The notes below the pieces were generated by a model. That model was not told the DNA's origin and did no database searches. It worked only from the letters and a program-made list of their open reading frames with translations. A DNA stretch of 64,000 nucleotides from Vulcanimicrobiota bacterium. GTDB lineage: Bacteria; Vulcanimicrobiota; Vulcanimicrobiia; Vulcanimicrobiales; Vulcanimicrobiaceae. How positions within the stretch are numbered: the first letter of the stretch is position 1; the number at the start of each line of letters is the position of its first letter. Positions 10,620 through 20,120 of this stretch are shown piece after piece. Location: contig OY970223.1 in NCBI GenBank assembly GCA_963714015.1, forward strand, positions 3,104,001 through 3,168,000, given 5' to 3'. A program made the position numbers and the translations under genes.

Positions 10620-12188
10620 CTAAGCGGTGAGCGCTTCCCCGAGCTCGCGCAATGCTTTGCGCGATCGCGGGTTTCCCGTTAGTTTGGCGTTCAAGTCCAA
10701 GGCCCGCATCTGCAGCGGAATCCCGCCCGTACCGCGAGAGAGTTCTACCGCTTCTTCACTATAGACGCAGGCTTCGCGCTGGTGACCCGTGGCAGCCAGC
10801 ACGGCGGCGCGAGCGACTTTCGCGCGTCCCTGCAAACGCTGCCAGTCGTCGATATCTCTATCGAGTTCGCGTGACAATGACGCAGCGCGATCCGTCTCCT
10901 TTGCCAGCACGAGTGCCTCGGTTTCCGAAATGTCGAGCGCTTTGCGCATCACCGGAACGTCACATCCGACGTCGCGCGCCAGCCGGATCCAGTCCAACGC
11001 CGCTTTTCCGTCGCCGCGATGTACCTCAATCCGCGCGAGATTGGAAAGCACGATAATGCGATCCAGATCGCTGCCGAACAACTCGATCAGTGCATGACTT
11101 TCCGCGGCGTGCGCTCGAGCTTCGTCGAGCCGTCCGAGCGAGAACAGGTGCGCAGCCATCATCTGCATCCCGACACGAAGCGTTCGGGCATCCGAGAACC
11201 GCCGGCCCATTTCTGCGATCTCGCCACTCTGATTGAATTCAGTCGCGACGCGATGCGGATCGAGCGCCCGAATGCCGGACGCCCTGATGCGCACGTCCAC
11301 TGCCAGGCGGCGGTCCGCGTGCTCTACGGCCGTTACCAGCGCGCAGGCTTCCTCAATCGCCGCACTCGCCCGGCGAACCATGTCGTGTCCAAAGTAGATG
11401 GACGCGTCCTGTACCAGGGCTTTGACCAGTAGCGTCAACCGCCTGGGACTCGCGACTTCGCCGTTACGTCGAAGTCCCTGAATCAGCAGCGACCGGCGTC
11501 GCGATTCGTCCATGCCTGCACCACTCTGCCGGGCTTCCATCTCGACGAGGGCGCACTCGACGCCCAGCAATTCCCGAATCTCTTCGTCATCGACATGCGC
11601 GAGCAAAGATCTCGCGGAGTGTGCCGTCTCGACGGCGCTCCCAAACGCGCCCACCTCGTTCTCGATCTCTGCCCGCAGGCACAGGGCTTGCACGGCGCCG
11701 GCCGCATCCAAATCGCGCGACAGGCTGCTTGCGACATCCCGAGCTTCGCGAAAGCGTCCGCCGGAGCGGAGCGTGTCGATTGCCGTAATGCGGTACTCTT
11801 TTGCAAAGCGATCGGAAAGAGTCGCGCTTGAGGCAGTGAGCCGATTTTCGAGCGCCTCCGCGAATTCGGCTCGAGCGGTCTGCAGATCGCGGTAAAATTG
11901 GCTGCGCGATAGTCCCAGATCGCCCGCAATCGCCGAATGCTTCTCGCATGCCACGTCGCTCCGCCGCAATATCGTGAAGCGCCTTCGGCCCGCTCCGCTC
12001 GCGGCCAATTCGTCGAGCAATCCCTCGACCACGGCCGGAATATGTCCCGCAAGATCGTTGAACAGCGGCCCTTTGGCCGATCCGAGGGAGCGCTGCACGA
12101 TCGCGTTGCCGGCCAATGCGCGATGACTACGAATGCTGCGCAGCAGCGTGAGTACCGCGTGGTCTCGAGTGCCGAGCCGTTTTTGCAT
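10620..12188 (-). CDS. Putative regulator: N-terminal HTH plus helical TPR-like region
   Basis: H..IA.DLGLSRSQFYR HTH-like motif followed by Ala/Leu-rich helical repeats. Confidence 0.6.
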   Translation of the reverse strand: MQKRLGTRDHAVLTLLRSIRSHRALAGNAIVQRSLGSAKGPLFNDLAGHIPAVVEGLLDELAASGAGRRRFTILRRSDVACEKHSAIAGDLGLSRSQFYRDLQTARAEFAEALENRLTASSATLSDRFAKEYRITAIDTLRSGGRFREARDVASSLSRDLDAAGAVQALCLRAEIENEVGAFGSAVETAHSARSLLAHVDDEEIRELLGVECALVEMEARQSGAGMDESRRRSLLIQGLRRNGEVASPRRLTLLVKALVQDASIYFGHDMVRRASAAIEEACALVTAVEHADRRLAVDVRIRASGIRALDPHRVATEFNQSGEIAEMGRRFSDARTLRVGMQMMAAHLFSLGRLDEARAHAAESHALIELFGSDLDRIIVLSNLARIEVHRGDGKAALDWIRLARDVGCDVPVMRKALDISETEALVLAKETDRAASLSRELDRDIDDWQRLQGRAKVARAAVLAATGHQREACVYSEEAVELSRGTGGIPLQMRALDLNAKLTGNPRSRKALRELGEALTA

Positions 12189-12337
12189 GGGCCGCCTCAA
12201 TTCGCGCGTTCGTCGCTGCGAGCCTGTGCCTAAAAGACTAGTCTCATGCCGCGAAAATGGGACTTCGGTTAGACGGAAATCGACGCCGCGGTTCCAAAAC
12301 GTAGCATTCCGTCATTCGATCTTTTTGGAGAACGTGA

Positions 12338-13390
12338 ATGTTGTCCCAAGCTTCTATACGCGGTAAGTTCTGGGCCCTTGCGCCGATTGCGCTGCTGGCC
12401 GCTTGCTCTACCGGCAACCCTTCCGTCACGACGGCCTTCTCTTCAATCCCGTCGGCGCCCAAGCAGCTGAGTACAAACGGCCGCGCGCCCTCAACCCCGG
12501 GAAGCGCCGCCATGTTGATGTTTCCGCGAAACTTTTCGCCGAACGCGCGGCGCCCGCAATGGATGAAATCGCCTCCGCCGGGCACAGTCGCAAAGCTGGC
12601 CGCAGCCCAGTTCGGCGCCGCTGAGGTGCTCTGGTTCAAGGAACTCGACCGCAACAATGCACCGCCCGAGAACTGCGAACCGGCGACTGCCGCCAATGGC
12701 ATCGGCATCGATCGCGACGGAAACCTGTGGATTCCGAACGGGCAAGGGGATACGACGACGGAATATGCGCCGAACTGCGGTGCCGCAAAACTAACGATTG
12801 CCGACGCGACGGGCGAACCCGCCGACGTCGCGTTCGACAAGTCCGGCCACGTCTACATTCTGAATCTCAACGACAAGAACGGGCCGGCGACGGTCAATGT
12901 TTACGACTACTCGGGTAAGCATTTGCGAACGCTCGCCGATCCGTCGTTCGACGTGCTGTTCGGCGTACGTTCGGATACGAACGGCAACGTCTTCGTCTCT
13001 AACCTTACCTCGGCGAATGTCGGCAACGTGGTCGAATTCAAAGGCGGGAAAATGCCCGGAACGCAGCTTAAAGGACCGCAACTTGGACTGCCGGGCGCCC
13101 CCGCACTCGACACCGCCGGCAATTTGATCATCGCGGATTGGCTCAACATGACGATCGACGTGTTCCCGCCGCCGTACAAGAGTTCGCCGAAGACGTTCAC
13201 GCTCATGGGACAATCCATTTGGTGTCCGCTCGGCCGAGACGAGCGCCGGCTCTTCTGCGGCGATGCGCAAAACGGCGCGATCGACGTCTACGATTACCCC
13301 AGCGGAAAATATCTCTACAGCTACACGTCAGGCCTTTCGGCAAACAACCTGGTTACCGGCGTCGCTCCTTATCCTACGGCCCCGTACTGA
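12338..13390 (+). CDS. Surface lipoprotein with NHL-like repeats
   Basis: Lipobox ALLAAC; GIGIDRDGNLW, VAFDKSGHVY, D.NGNVFVSN repeats. Confidence 0.8.
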   Translation: MLSQASIRGKFWALAPIALLAACSTGNPSVTTAFSSIPSAPKQLSTNGRAPSTPGSAAMLMFPRNFSPNARRPQWMKSPPPGTVAKLAAAQFGAAEVLWFKELDRNNAPPENCEPATAANGIGIDRDGNLWIPNGQGDTTTEYAPNCGAAKLTIADATGEPADVAFDKSGHVYILNLNDKNGPATVNVYDYSGKHLRTLADPSFDVLFGVRSDTNGNVFVSNLTSANVGNVVEFKGGKMPGTQLKGPQLGLPGAPALDTAGNLIIADWLNMTIDVFPPPYKSSPKTFTLMGQSIWCPLGRDERRLFCGDAQNGAIDVYDYPSGKYLYSYTSGLSANNLVTGVAPYPTAPY

Positions 13391-13488
13391 CTTTCCCGGT
13401 GCAGCAAGGCCGGCGCGCGGAGCTTCGGGAGACAGTTCCGCGCGTCCGCGCCAGGGAGCGCTAAACAGGACCGCCAATTCGCGAGAAC

Positions 13489-15576
13489 ATGAACGTCTCG
13501 CTTCTGCTCGGCGCGATTTTGACTGTCAACGACATCGTCGCGCAGCATCCGGTCACCGGCAATCCTCCTTCCAATTTTGCTTGGGCTCCGAACGGGTCGG
13601 CTTACGTCTACAGCGTCGCCGCGCAGAAGGAGTCTCAGCCTCCCATCGTGCGGATCTACGATCTTCGGACGAACACCGATCGCGAACTATTTCACGCCGC
13701 TTCCGAGCAGCGTGGTTCGCGTTCACGCGCGATCGCAGAGGTTGTCTGGTCGCACGACAGCCGCCGGATTGCGCTGATCAATGCGGGCGCCCTCGAGGTG
13801 GTGGACCCGGCGAGCGGACGAGAGACGAAACTGGCGCAAGACGCAGACGATCCGCAATGGTCTTCGGACGACTCCCGGATCGCGTACGTACACGCCAACG
13901 ACATCTATACGGTCGATCCCCGCACCAAACGCACTCTGCGGCTAACTGCCAACGGCAGCGCCACGCGAATCAACGGCGATCCGGATTGGCTGTACAGCGA
14001 AGAAATGAACGTCGAACATGCATTCGGCTGGTCCCCCGACGGTTCGCGTATCGCGTTCCTCTCTTTCGACGAGCGTCCCATTACGCCGTTCCCAATCGAA
14101 AATTATCTCCCCCGAATCAGCGCCATCGAAGAGCAGAGCTACCCGCTTGCAGGCGACAAGAATGCGCGCGTCACGCTGAACGTCGTCGACACGCACACGG
14201 CCCGTTCGACGGTGCTGTACGACGGCGGACCGAAGGACGAGTACGTGCTCTCATTCGCATGGTCGCCCGACAGCCGCACCGTTCTCGATCAAATCATGGA
14301 CCGCGCACAGAAGCATCTGCGCTGGGTCGCTTTCAATCTAAACGGCAGTTCCCGGGCCGTTACGCAAGAGTCGGATCCGCAGTTCGTCGACGTCCAGCCC
14401 GTTCCGGACTATTCGCGCGACGGACGAGTGTTGTATCTGCTCTCGCAGCGGGGCGGACGCCAATCGCTCTGGCAGATCGATGCGCGCAGCGGCGCCGGTC
14501 GCCGGATCACCGGCGATTATACCGTATTGTCCACGCAGCGAATCGACGATGCAAACCACGTCGCATACGTCGACGCCATGTATCCGACGCGCCGCGACGT
14601 CTCTTTCTTGCGCGTCGATTTGCGCACGGGAGCGGTGCAGAATCTTACGCCCGGCGGCGGAATGCACAACGTCGTGCTCGCGCAAAAAGCGTCCAACTTC
14701 ATCGAGACGGTGAATTCTCATGACGCGCCGCCTGCGATCTATCGCCGCAGCTTGAACGGCACGTCGAGTTCCCTCGTCTTTCGCACGCCGGACCTCTCCC
14801 GTTTCAATCTCGGCACGGTCCGGCTGCTCGAAATCCCCTCCAAATGGGGTAATCTCGACGCGACGCTCGTCGTGCCGAAAGACTTCGACCCCAACAAGCG
14901 CTATCCGATCGTCTTCACGCCCTACGGCGGTCCTTTGGGCGTTTCACCGAACCAGACGATGAACGCGTGGCCGGGTCTTTACTCGTTCTTGTTGGCGCAA
15001 CACGGCTTCTTGGTCTTCACGATTGACGGACCCGCGTCTTACAGCGATCGGGCGTCGTCGGAGCGCATGTTCTATCATCGAATGGGTCTCATTGCGATGG
15101 CGGGGCAACTGGCCGGAGTGGACTGGATCGAGAAGCAATCGTTTGCAGATCCATCCCGTCTCGGATTGTTCGGCTGGAGCTATGGCGGCTATCTTACCGC
15201 CTTCACGATGACGCACGCTCCGGGCGTTTTCCGGGCCGGCGTCGCGGGCGCTCCACCGGCAGATTGGCGCTTCTACGACACGGCGTACACCGAGCGTTAT
15301 ATGAGCAAACCGCAGGAAGCAAAAAGCGCGTATGATGCAACCTCAGTTCTGCCGGCTGCCGCAAAATTCGAAGGCTCGCTGCTGATTCTCCAAGGCACGT
15401 CCGACGACAACGTCCACTTGATGAACTCCATTTCACTGCTCAATGCGTTTATGAAAGCCGGCAAGCAGGTCGACTACTTCGTTTATCCGGGAGAGCGGCA
15501 CGGTCCGCGCCTTATCTCGCACCGCCGCGATATCGATTCACGGATGCTCGACTGGTGGACGAAAACGCTAAAGTAA
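13489..15576 (+). CDS. S9B dipeptidyl-peptidase IV family peptidase
   Basis: DWLYSEE, GWSYGG, YDTAYTERYM, DDNVH, C-terminal His. Confidence 0.95.
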   Translation: MNVSLLLGAILTVNDIVAQHPVTGNPPSNFAWAPNGSAYVYSVAAQKESQPPIVRIYDLRTNTDRELFHAASEQRGSRSRAIAEVVWSHDSRRIALINAGALEVVDPASGRETKLAQDADDPQWSSDDSRIAYVHANDIYTVDPRTKRTLRLTANGSATRINGDPDWLYSEEMNVEHAFGWSPDGSRIAFLSFDERPITPFPIENYLPRISAIEEQSYPLAGDKNARVTLNVVDTHTARSTVLYDGGPKDEYVLSFAWSPDSRTVLDQIMDRAQKHLRWVAFNLNGSSRAVTQESDPQFVDVQPVPDYSRDGRVLYLLSQRGGRQSLWQIDARSGAGRRITGDYTVLSTQRIDDANHVAYVDAMYPTRRDVSFLRVDLRTGAVQNLTPGGGMHNVVLAQKASNFIETVNSHDAPPAIYRRSLNGTSSSLVFRTPDLSRFNLGTVRLLEIPSKWGNLDATLVVPKDFDPNKRYPIVFTPYGGPLGVSPNQTMNAWPGLYSFLLAQHGFLVFTIDGPASYSDRASSERMFYHRMGLIAMAGQLAGVDWIEKQSFADPSRLGLFGWSYGGYLTAFTMTHAPGVFRAGVAGAPPADWRFYDTAYTERYMSKPQEAKSAYDATSVLPAAAKFEGSLLILQGTSDDNVHLMNSISLLNAFMKAGKQVDYFVYPGERHGPRLISHRRDIDSRMLDWWTKTLK

Positions 15577-15598
15577 CCGGCACAGCGCACTTGCTCGG

Positions 15599-15931
15599 CT
15601 AGCCGCCGCCGCCCGAAGGGTATCCGCCGCCGCCGCAGCTGTAGTCGAGTGTCGTGCTGCACGCTCGCAGATTGACGTGGGCCTGGGAGCCTTCGATTCG
15701 CACCTGAAAGTCCTGAGCCGGAACGTCATGCGATGACAGATGCAGCGTATACTTTCCGTCCGCAAGACCGCGCAACGTGAAACGGCCGTTGGAATCACTG
15801 CGAGCAGTAAACGTATTCGGCCCTTGTCGTGTCGTTACGGTGACGCCGGTAAGCGGTTGTCCCGTCGTCTTGTCGTGAATGGTTCCGGTCAGTACCGCAA
15901 ACGCGACCATGATTGCGCTCAGATTCCTCAT
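15599..15931 (-). CDS. Small secreted carboxypeptidase-regulatory-like domain protein
   Basis: GTIHDKTTGQPL.GVTV...SDSNGRF.L.GL..G.Y.L. Confidence 0.75.
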   Translation of the reverse strand: MRNLSAIMVAFAVLTGTIHDKTTGQPLTGVTVTTRQGPNTFTARSDSNGRFTLRGLADGKYTLHLSSHDVPAQDFQVRIEGSQAHVNLRACSTTLDYSCGGGGYPSGGGG

Positions 15932-15962
15932 GTTTGCGTCTTGAGCGCGCGGGCCGAAAATC

Positions 15963-17573
15963 CTAGCGCGCCTCCAGCGATCCAAGCCGTTCCGCGAGCC
16001 GTTCCGGCAGCGTCTGCAGCAGATTTTCGATCCGTGCCAACGCCGAATCGCTCTGTGCATCCATAACGTCCAGCGAGCCCGCGACGCTTTGCGCGATCTG
16101 TAGGACCGCGTCCGATTCGTCCGGAGCATACGTTTCGCACGAGCGCTTGGGACCGAGCACCAGCGCACCGACGAGCCGGCCTCGCGCAACCATCGGATAG
16201 GCCCAATCGCCTTGCAGTTCGCTCCGAGTGGTGCTCAAATCAAGCGGCTTGTGCCATGCCCGCAGAGCTACGAGCGCGGGGTCGTTTTCGTCAACCCGGC
16301 CCGATGTCGCAATGGTTACAAACGATGCGCCGGCATGCTGCTCGAGAGCCTCCGCCGTGCGCAGCAGCAGCGTCCCTCTGTCGGTGATGTACGCCGCTTC
16401 CTGTGCGAAACGGCGGAGCGCCTGTTCGTCTTCGTGCCGCTTGCGGAAGAGGAGCAGGTCGATGGCCCGGTCGACGTAACCGTGCAGCACACGCGCGCTC
16501 ACGATGACGATCATGGCAATGCCGAATTCGATCAGGACGTCTTCTTCGTGCGTGAGCGACGACAGATAGCGTTCCAGAACAAATTCTAACGCCGCTAATA
16601 TCACGACCGCGACTGCCGTGGTCGCGGCATAGACGAGCGCGCGATTCAGCACGAAGGCAAAATCGAAGATCCGGTGCTTCAGAATCGCGTACGCGACGGC
16701 CAATGCGACGACCGCGACGGAGGCCACGAAGTAGATCGTTCCGTAATCGAAATCCACGCCGAGCTGCATCTCCAAAACGCCCACAATCGCGTATCCTACC
16801 GCGCCCAGCACGATCGCCGCAAACACGAGACCGACCCTGCCCCGATCTCCGCGTTTCGCAAAAATCAGCGAACACACGCTCGCAATGAGCGTTAGGAGTG
16901 CCGCCGCCGAAAGGTAAAACGTCGCATACGCTTTGTTGGCCGACGCTTGCGGCCAAATGACGTTGGAATTATGCAGCAGTTCGACCAAGAATGCCGTGGC
17001 CACGACGACGTCGACCGAGCGGATCGCAAGGCGCTGCGCCCGCGAGGGCGTGTTTCCCGGAAACCGTATGGCGAACGAAGCCAAAGCAAAAGTGGGGAAG
17101 ATCGCGCAAAGCGAAACGGGGATGAACGCTAGGAGTGTACGCCCCGGCTGCGGCATCGACGCAACACAAGCGTAGATGCCCGTTATCGAGCACACGCCGA
17201 TAAGGAAGCCGACGAAGGCGCCGACCATGACACCACTACGCCGATAGCCGAGATACGCACCAAGCATGAGAGCAAAGGTCGAAAGCAGTGCGTTCAAAAC
17301 GAGCAGCGCGGGCTTGTATGCCCGAATAGGCACGATTGCGCGTTCGGTTACAGTGCCGCCGCCTTTGACGGGAAGCGTGATAGACGAGCCTCGCAGTGAA
17401 CCTGCCCAAACGGCGTACCATTGAGTCGTCGACATGCGCGACGTGTCGACGAGTTCCGGATGATTAGCAAACGTGGGCGGCAAGTAGACCGGCGTCAACG
17501 CGCCCAAATAATACAGCGCTCCAAAAATCAAGACCACTGCAGGTAAAATCCACCGGTTGAAAGCGAGCCGCAT
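15963..17573 (-). CDS. Multi-pass membrane protein with C-terminal GAF-like domain
   Basis: About 8-9 hydrophobic segments; AYAILKHRIFD...RALVY; PMVARGRLVGALVLGPK...Y..DE. Confidence 0.7.
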   Translation of the reverse strand: MRLAFNRWILPAVVLIFGALYYLGALTPVYLPPTFANHPELVDTSRMSTTQWYAVWAGSLRGSSITLPVKGGGTVTERAIVPIRAYKPALLVLNALLSTFALMLGAYLGYRRSGVMVGAFVGFLIGVCSITGIYACVASMPQPGRTLLAFIPVSLCAIFPTFALASFAIRFPGNTPSRAQRLAIRSVDVVVATAFLVELLHNSNVIWPQASANKAYATFYLSAAALLTLIASVCSLIFAKRGDRGRVGLVFAAIVLGAVGYAIVGVLEMQLGVDFDYGTIYFVASVAVVALAVAYAILKHRIFDFAFVLNRALVYAATTAVAVVILAALEFVLERYLSSLTHEEDVLIEFGIAMIVIVSARVLHGYVDRAIDLLLFRKRHEDEQALRRFAQEAAYITDRGTLLLRTAEALEQHAGASFVTIATSGRVDENDPALVALRAWHKPLDLSTTRSELQGDWAYPMVARGRLVGALVLGPKRSCETYAPDESDAVLQIAQSVAGSLDVMDAQSDSALARIENLLQTLPERLAERLGSLEAR

Positions 17574-17664
17574 GCGGCTTCATTCGACACGCTTGGCCTA
17601 AGCGCTCTAGCCCTCTTTAGCGGCGGCCGCGACCCCTACGCCCGGCGCAAGGGCGCCCGGACAC

Positions 17665-18669
17665 TCAGTTGACGGCGATGCCCAGCGGCTCGGCCATTTT
17701 CTGAATACCGTTGTTGAAACTAAACAGATACGTACCTTGCGGGTATGCGTACACGTCCACCGCGGCGTTGCCGTAGTCCATGCAGTAGATTCGGCGGTTG
17801 CTTCGCATCATCGCACAGCGGAGCGTGGCGCCTTGCAGCGGAATCGTCGCGAAGGGTGCCTTGTCGTAGGGCGGTGCAAAGACGTCGACCTGGTTCTTCG
17901 TGCTGTCAACCATCAGCAGGTTGTTCTTTGCATCGACCATCACACTGCCGGGCATGTCTTGACCGAGCTGCGTCGCCTTCAAAATCTTTCCGGGCATGTT
18001 GCCGCGCGCGAATTCGATTACTTGTCCAACGCCGGTCTTCTCGTTGACGGTCGACCAAAAGACGTTGTCCGTTGAATCCAGCGCTATGCCGATGCTCTCG
18101 CCGGCGGCCCAGTTCTCGAGCTGCCGTACCGGTTTGAACTGCCCCCCTTGCGAGTGCACGTCGAAGACGGCGATGTTCGCCGCGTTCCCTTTTTCGTTCA
18201 TGAAATTGGATACGTACAGCGTCTTGCCGGTCACCGCTAAGTCCGACGGACTGCCGATGGTATCCACGTACGTCTGCGCGAGCTGCTTTCCGCAGTCCGC
18301 GCCGAATGTTTCGACGACGTTGTTTCCGCTGAAGGTGGAGACGTACAGCGTATTGGCGCCGTCGGTATTGACTGCTCCCGAGCGGTTAATCGGCCCGATC
18401 TGACAGAGCGGCGGATCGTTCTCTTTGTTGTAAGCGTTATACTGATCGACGGCACTGGAAAAACTGAACGTGATATAGACATACGGCGTCTTTTTGCCGT
18501 CCGCCGTTCTGAGGATCGATGATTGTGCGCCGCGCTGTTCGCTTGCGAAGGCGCCGGGCGACGCCCCGAAGTCGGACGACCGGCCCGCACAAGACGCAAG
18601 CAGGACGGCGGCACAGACGGCGAGCGCACCGCGTATGGCAACGCGTTCAGCCGGCAAGGATCTCCCCAT
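17665..18669 (-). CDS. Surface lipoprotein with beta-propeller repeats (paralog of 12338-13390)
   Basis: Lipobox VLLASC; shares VIEF..G.MPG..L and DVF.PPY...P motifs; GGAGG RBS. Confidence 0.8.
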   Translation of the reverse strand: MGRSLPAERVAIRGALAVCAAVLLASCAGRSSDFGASPGAFASEQRGAQSSILRTADGKKTPYVYITFSFSSAVDQYNAYNKENDPPLCQIGPINRSGAVNTDGANTLYVSTFSGNNVVETFGADCGKQLAQTYVDTIGSPSDLAVTGKTLYVSNFMNEKGNAANIAVFDVHSQGGQFKPVRQLENWAAGESIGIALDSTDNVFWSTVNEKTGVGQVIEFARGNMPGKILKATQLGQDMPGSVMVDAKNNLLMVDSTKNQVDVFAPPYDKAPFATIPLQGATLRCAMMRSNRRIYCMDYGNAAVDVYAYPQGTYLFSFNNGIQKMAEPLGIAVN

Positions 18670-18689
18670 CTCGACCTCCTTATTTCGTA

Positions 18690-19277
18690 CTACGACTGGA
18701 GCTGCGAAAGTGCCTCGCTGCGGCAGCGAAGCCGAACGAGCGCTTCGTGCGCCTGACCGAGCGCCTCCTCACGCGCAGCGCCTGAGGCGCTGAGCGCGAG
18801 CATCAACTCATGCGCGGAGATCGCCGCGCGCGAGGCTACGCTCTCGGCGCGAGCTGTGCGCCGGCGCACGCGGAGTGCCTCCAATCTAAGCGCGAGCTCT
18901 TCGCTGACCGCTTCGAGTTGCTTGCGCTGCGCGCAAATCGAAGCCGAGCTGCATTCCACTTCCGTACGATGATCTCGAGCGCACGCTGCCCGAGCGGCGA
19001 AAACGTGAGCGGCCGGGTCGTCGCCGCCGGTCAGCATCTCGCCGGCCAGGCTTTCAAAGGTGCTCTCCTGGCCTTGCAGGCGCAGGAGCTCCATCTGCAG
19101 GCGCTTTTCCTCGGCCATCACCGCGGCGATTTGTCTGCGCATTTTTCGAAGGTCCGTCGCGTATTCCAGGTCGAGAAGATCGAGTGCTTGCACCGGGTCT
19201 TCAGCGCGCTGCAGCAGTGAATTCACTTTTTGCTTGAGCAGGCGAACGAATCGCCACCAAAAACCTATCATGCGCAT
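18690..19277 (-). CDS. pspA: PspA/IM30 family coiled-coil protein (short, divergent)
   Basis: K.N.LL.RAEDP...L, A.VMA..KRL, coiled-coil heptads. Confidence 0.7.
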   Translation of the reverse strand: MRMIGFWWRFVRLLKQKVNSLLQRAEDPVQALDLLDLEYATDLRKMRRQIAAVMAEEKRLQMELLRLQGQESTFESLAGEMLTGGDDPAAHVFAARAACARDHRTEVECSSASICAQRKQLEAVSEELALRLEALRVRRRTARAESVASRAAISAHELMLALSASGAAREEALGQAHEALVRLRCRSEALSQLQS

Positions 19278-19390
19278 TTGAACGAGTGCCCGGCGCAGCA
19301 TGTGACGATTAAAAACGAATGAAAAAGGCGCCGCGCTGTGGAGGCGTCGCTCCCCGGAGCCTTCGGCAAAAGCAACGATTTTTGCGGTGT

Positions 19391-19424
19391 TCCCAAGCAC
19401 CTCTCAGCAAGGATATGCTACTGT
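19391..19424 (+). promoter_or_regulatory. OmpR/MprA-type tandem box plus extended -10 of a leaderless response regulator gene
   Basis: TCCCAA-N5-TCTCAG at 11-bp period, then TGC-TACTGT 6 nt before ATG 19431. Confidence 0.45.
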
Positions 19425-19430
19425 ACGCTC

Positions 19431-20120
19431 ATGGATACCGCTCCGGCCAGGGTGGCCGTCATCGACGACGAGCCGGCCATTCGTTCGTTGCTGCAAATGG
19501 AGCTCGGAGACGCCGGTTTCGACGTTCGAACCGCAAAGGACGCGCTGGCCGGATTGGACCTGGTGCGTCAATGGGATCCGGACGTGATTCTACTCGACAT
19601 CATGATGCCGAAAGTCGACGGCATCTCGATTCTTCCGCGATTCCGCACCGAGACGCAGACTCCAATCATCATTTTGAGTGCGAAGGGCGGAACGGGCGAC
19701 AAGGTGCTCGGTCTGGAACGCGGGGCGGATCAATATATTGCCAAGCCGTTCGAGATGCCCGAGTTGGTTGCTCGTCTTCGTTCGGCGCTGCGCCGGCCTC
19801 GATTGGAGGAACCCGACCGTCTGACGTTCCGCGATCTGACGATCGATTTCCGGATGCGCACGGTCACCCGCGCCGGCAAGGACATCGTCCTCACGGCGCG
19901 TGAATTCGACTTGCTCGCGACCTTCATGCGCCAGCCGCGCCGCGTCTTTACGCGCGACCAGTTGATCTCGATCGTTTGGGGAATCGACGCCGACGTCACG
20001 ACGAACGCCGTCGAGACGTATATCTCGTACCTGCGCAGCAAGATCGACGCACCGTTCGACGAACCGCTGCTCCACACGATTCGTGGAGCGGGATACTCGC
20101 TGCGCGATAAAAGGGTGTGA
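19431..20120 (+). CDS. OmpR/PhoB-family response regulator (MprA-like)
   Basis: VIDDE, LDIMMP..DG, KPF, winged-helix YISYLRSKID...TIRGAGY. Confidence 0.95.
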   Translation: MDTAPARVAVIDDEPAIRSLLQMELGDAGFDVRTAKDALAGLDLVRQWDPDVILLDIMMPKVDGISILPRFRTETQTPIIILSAKGGTGDKVLGLERGADQYIAKPFEMPELVARLRSALRRPRLEEPDRLTFRDLTIDFRMRTVTRAGKDIVLTAREFDLLATFMRQPRRVFTRDQLISIVWGIDADVTTNAVETYISYLRSKIDAPFDEPLLHTIRGAGYSLRDKRV

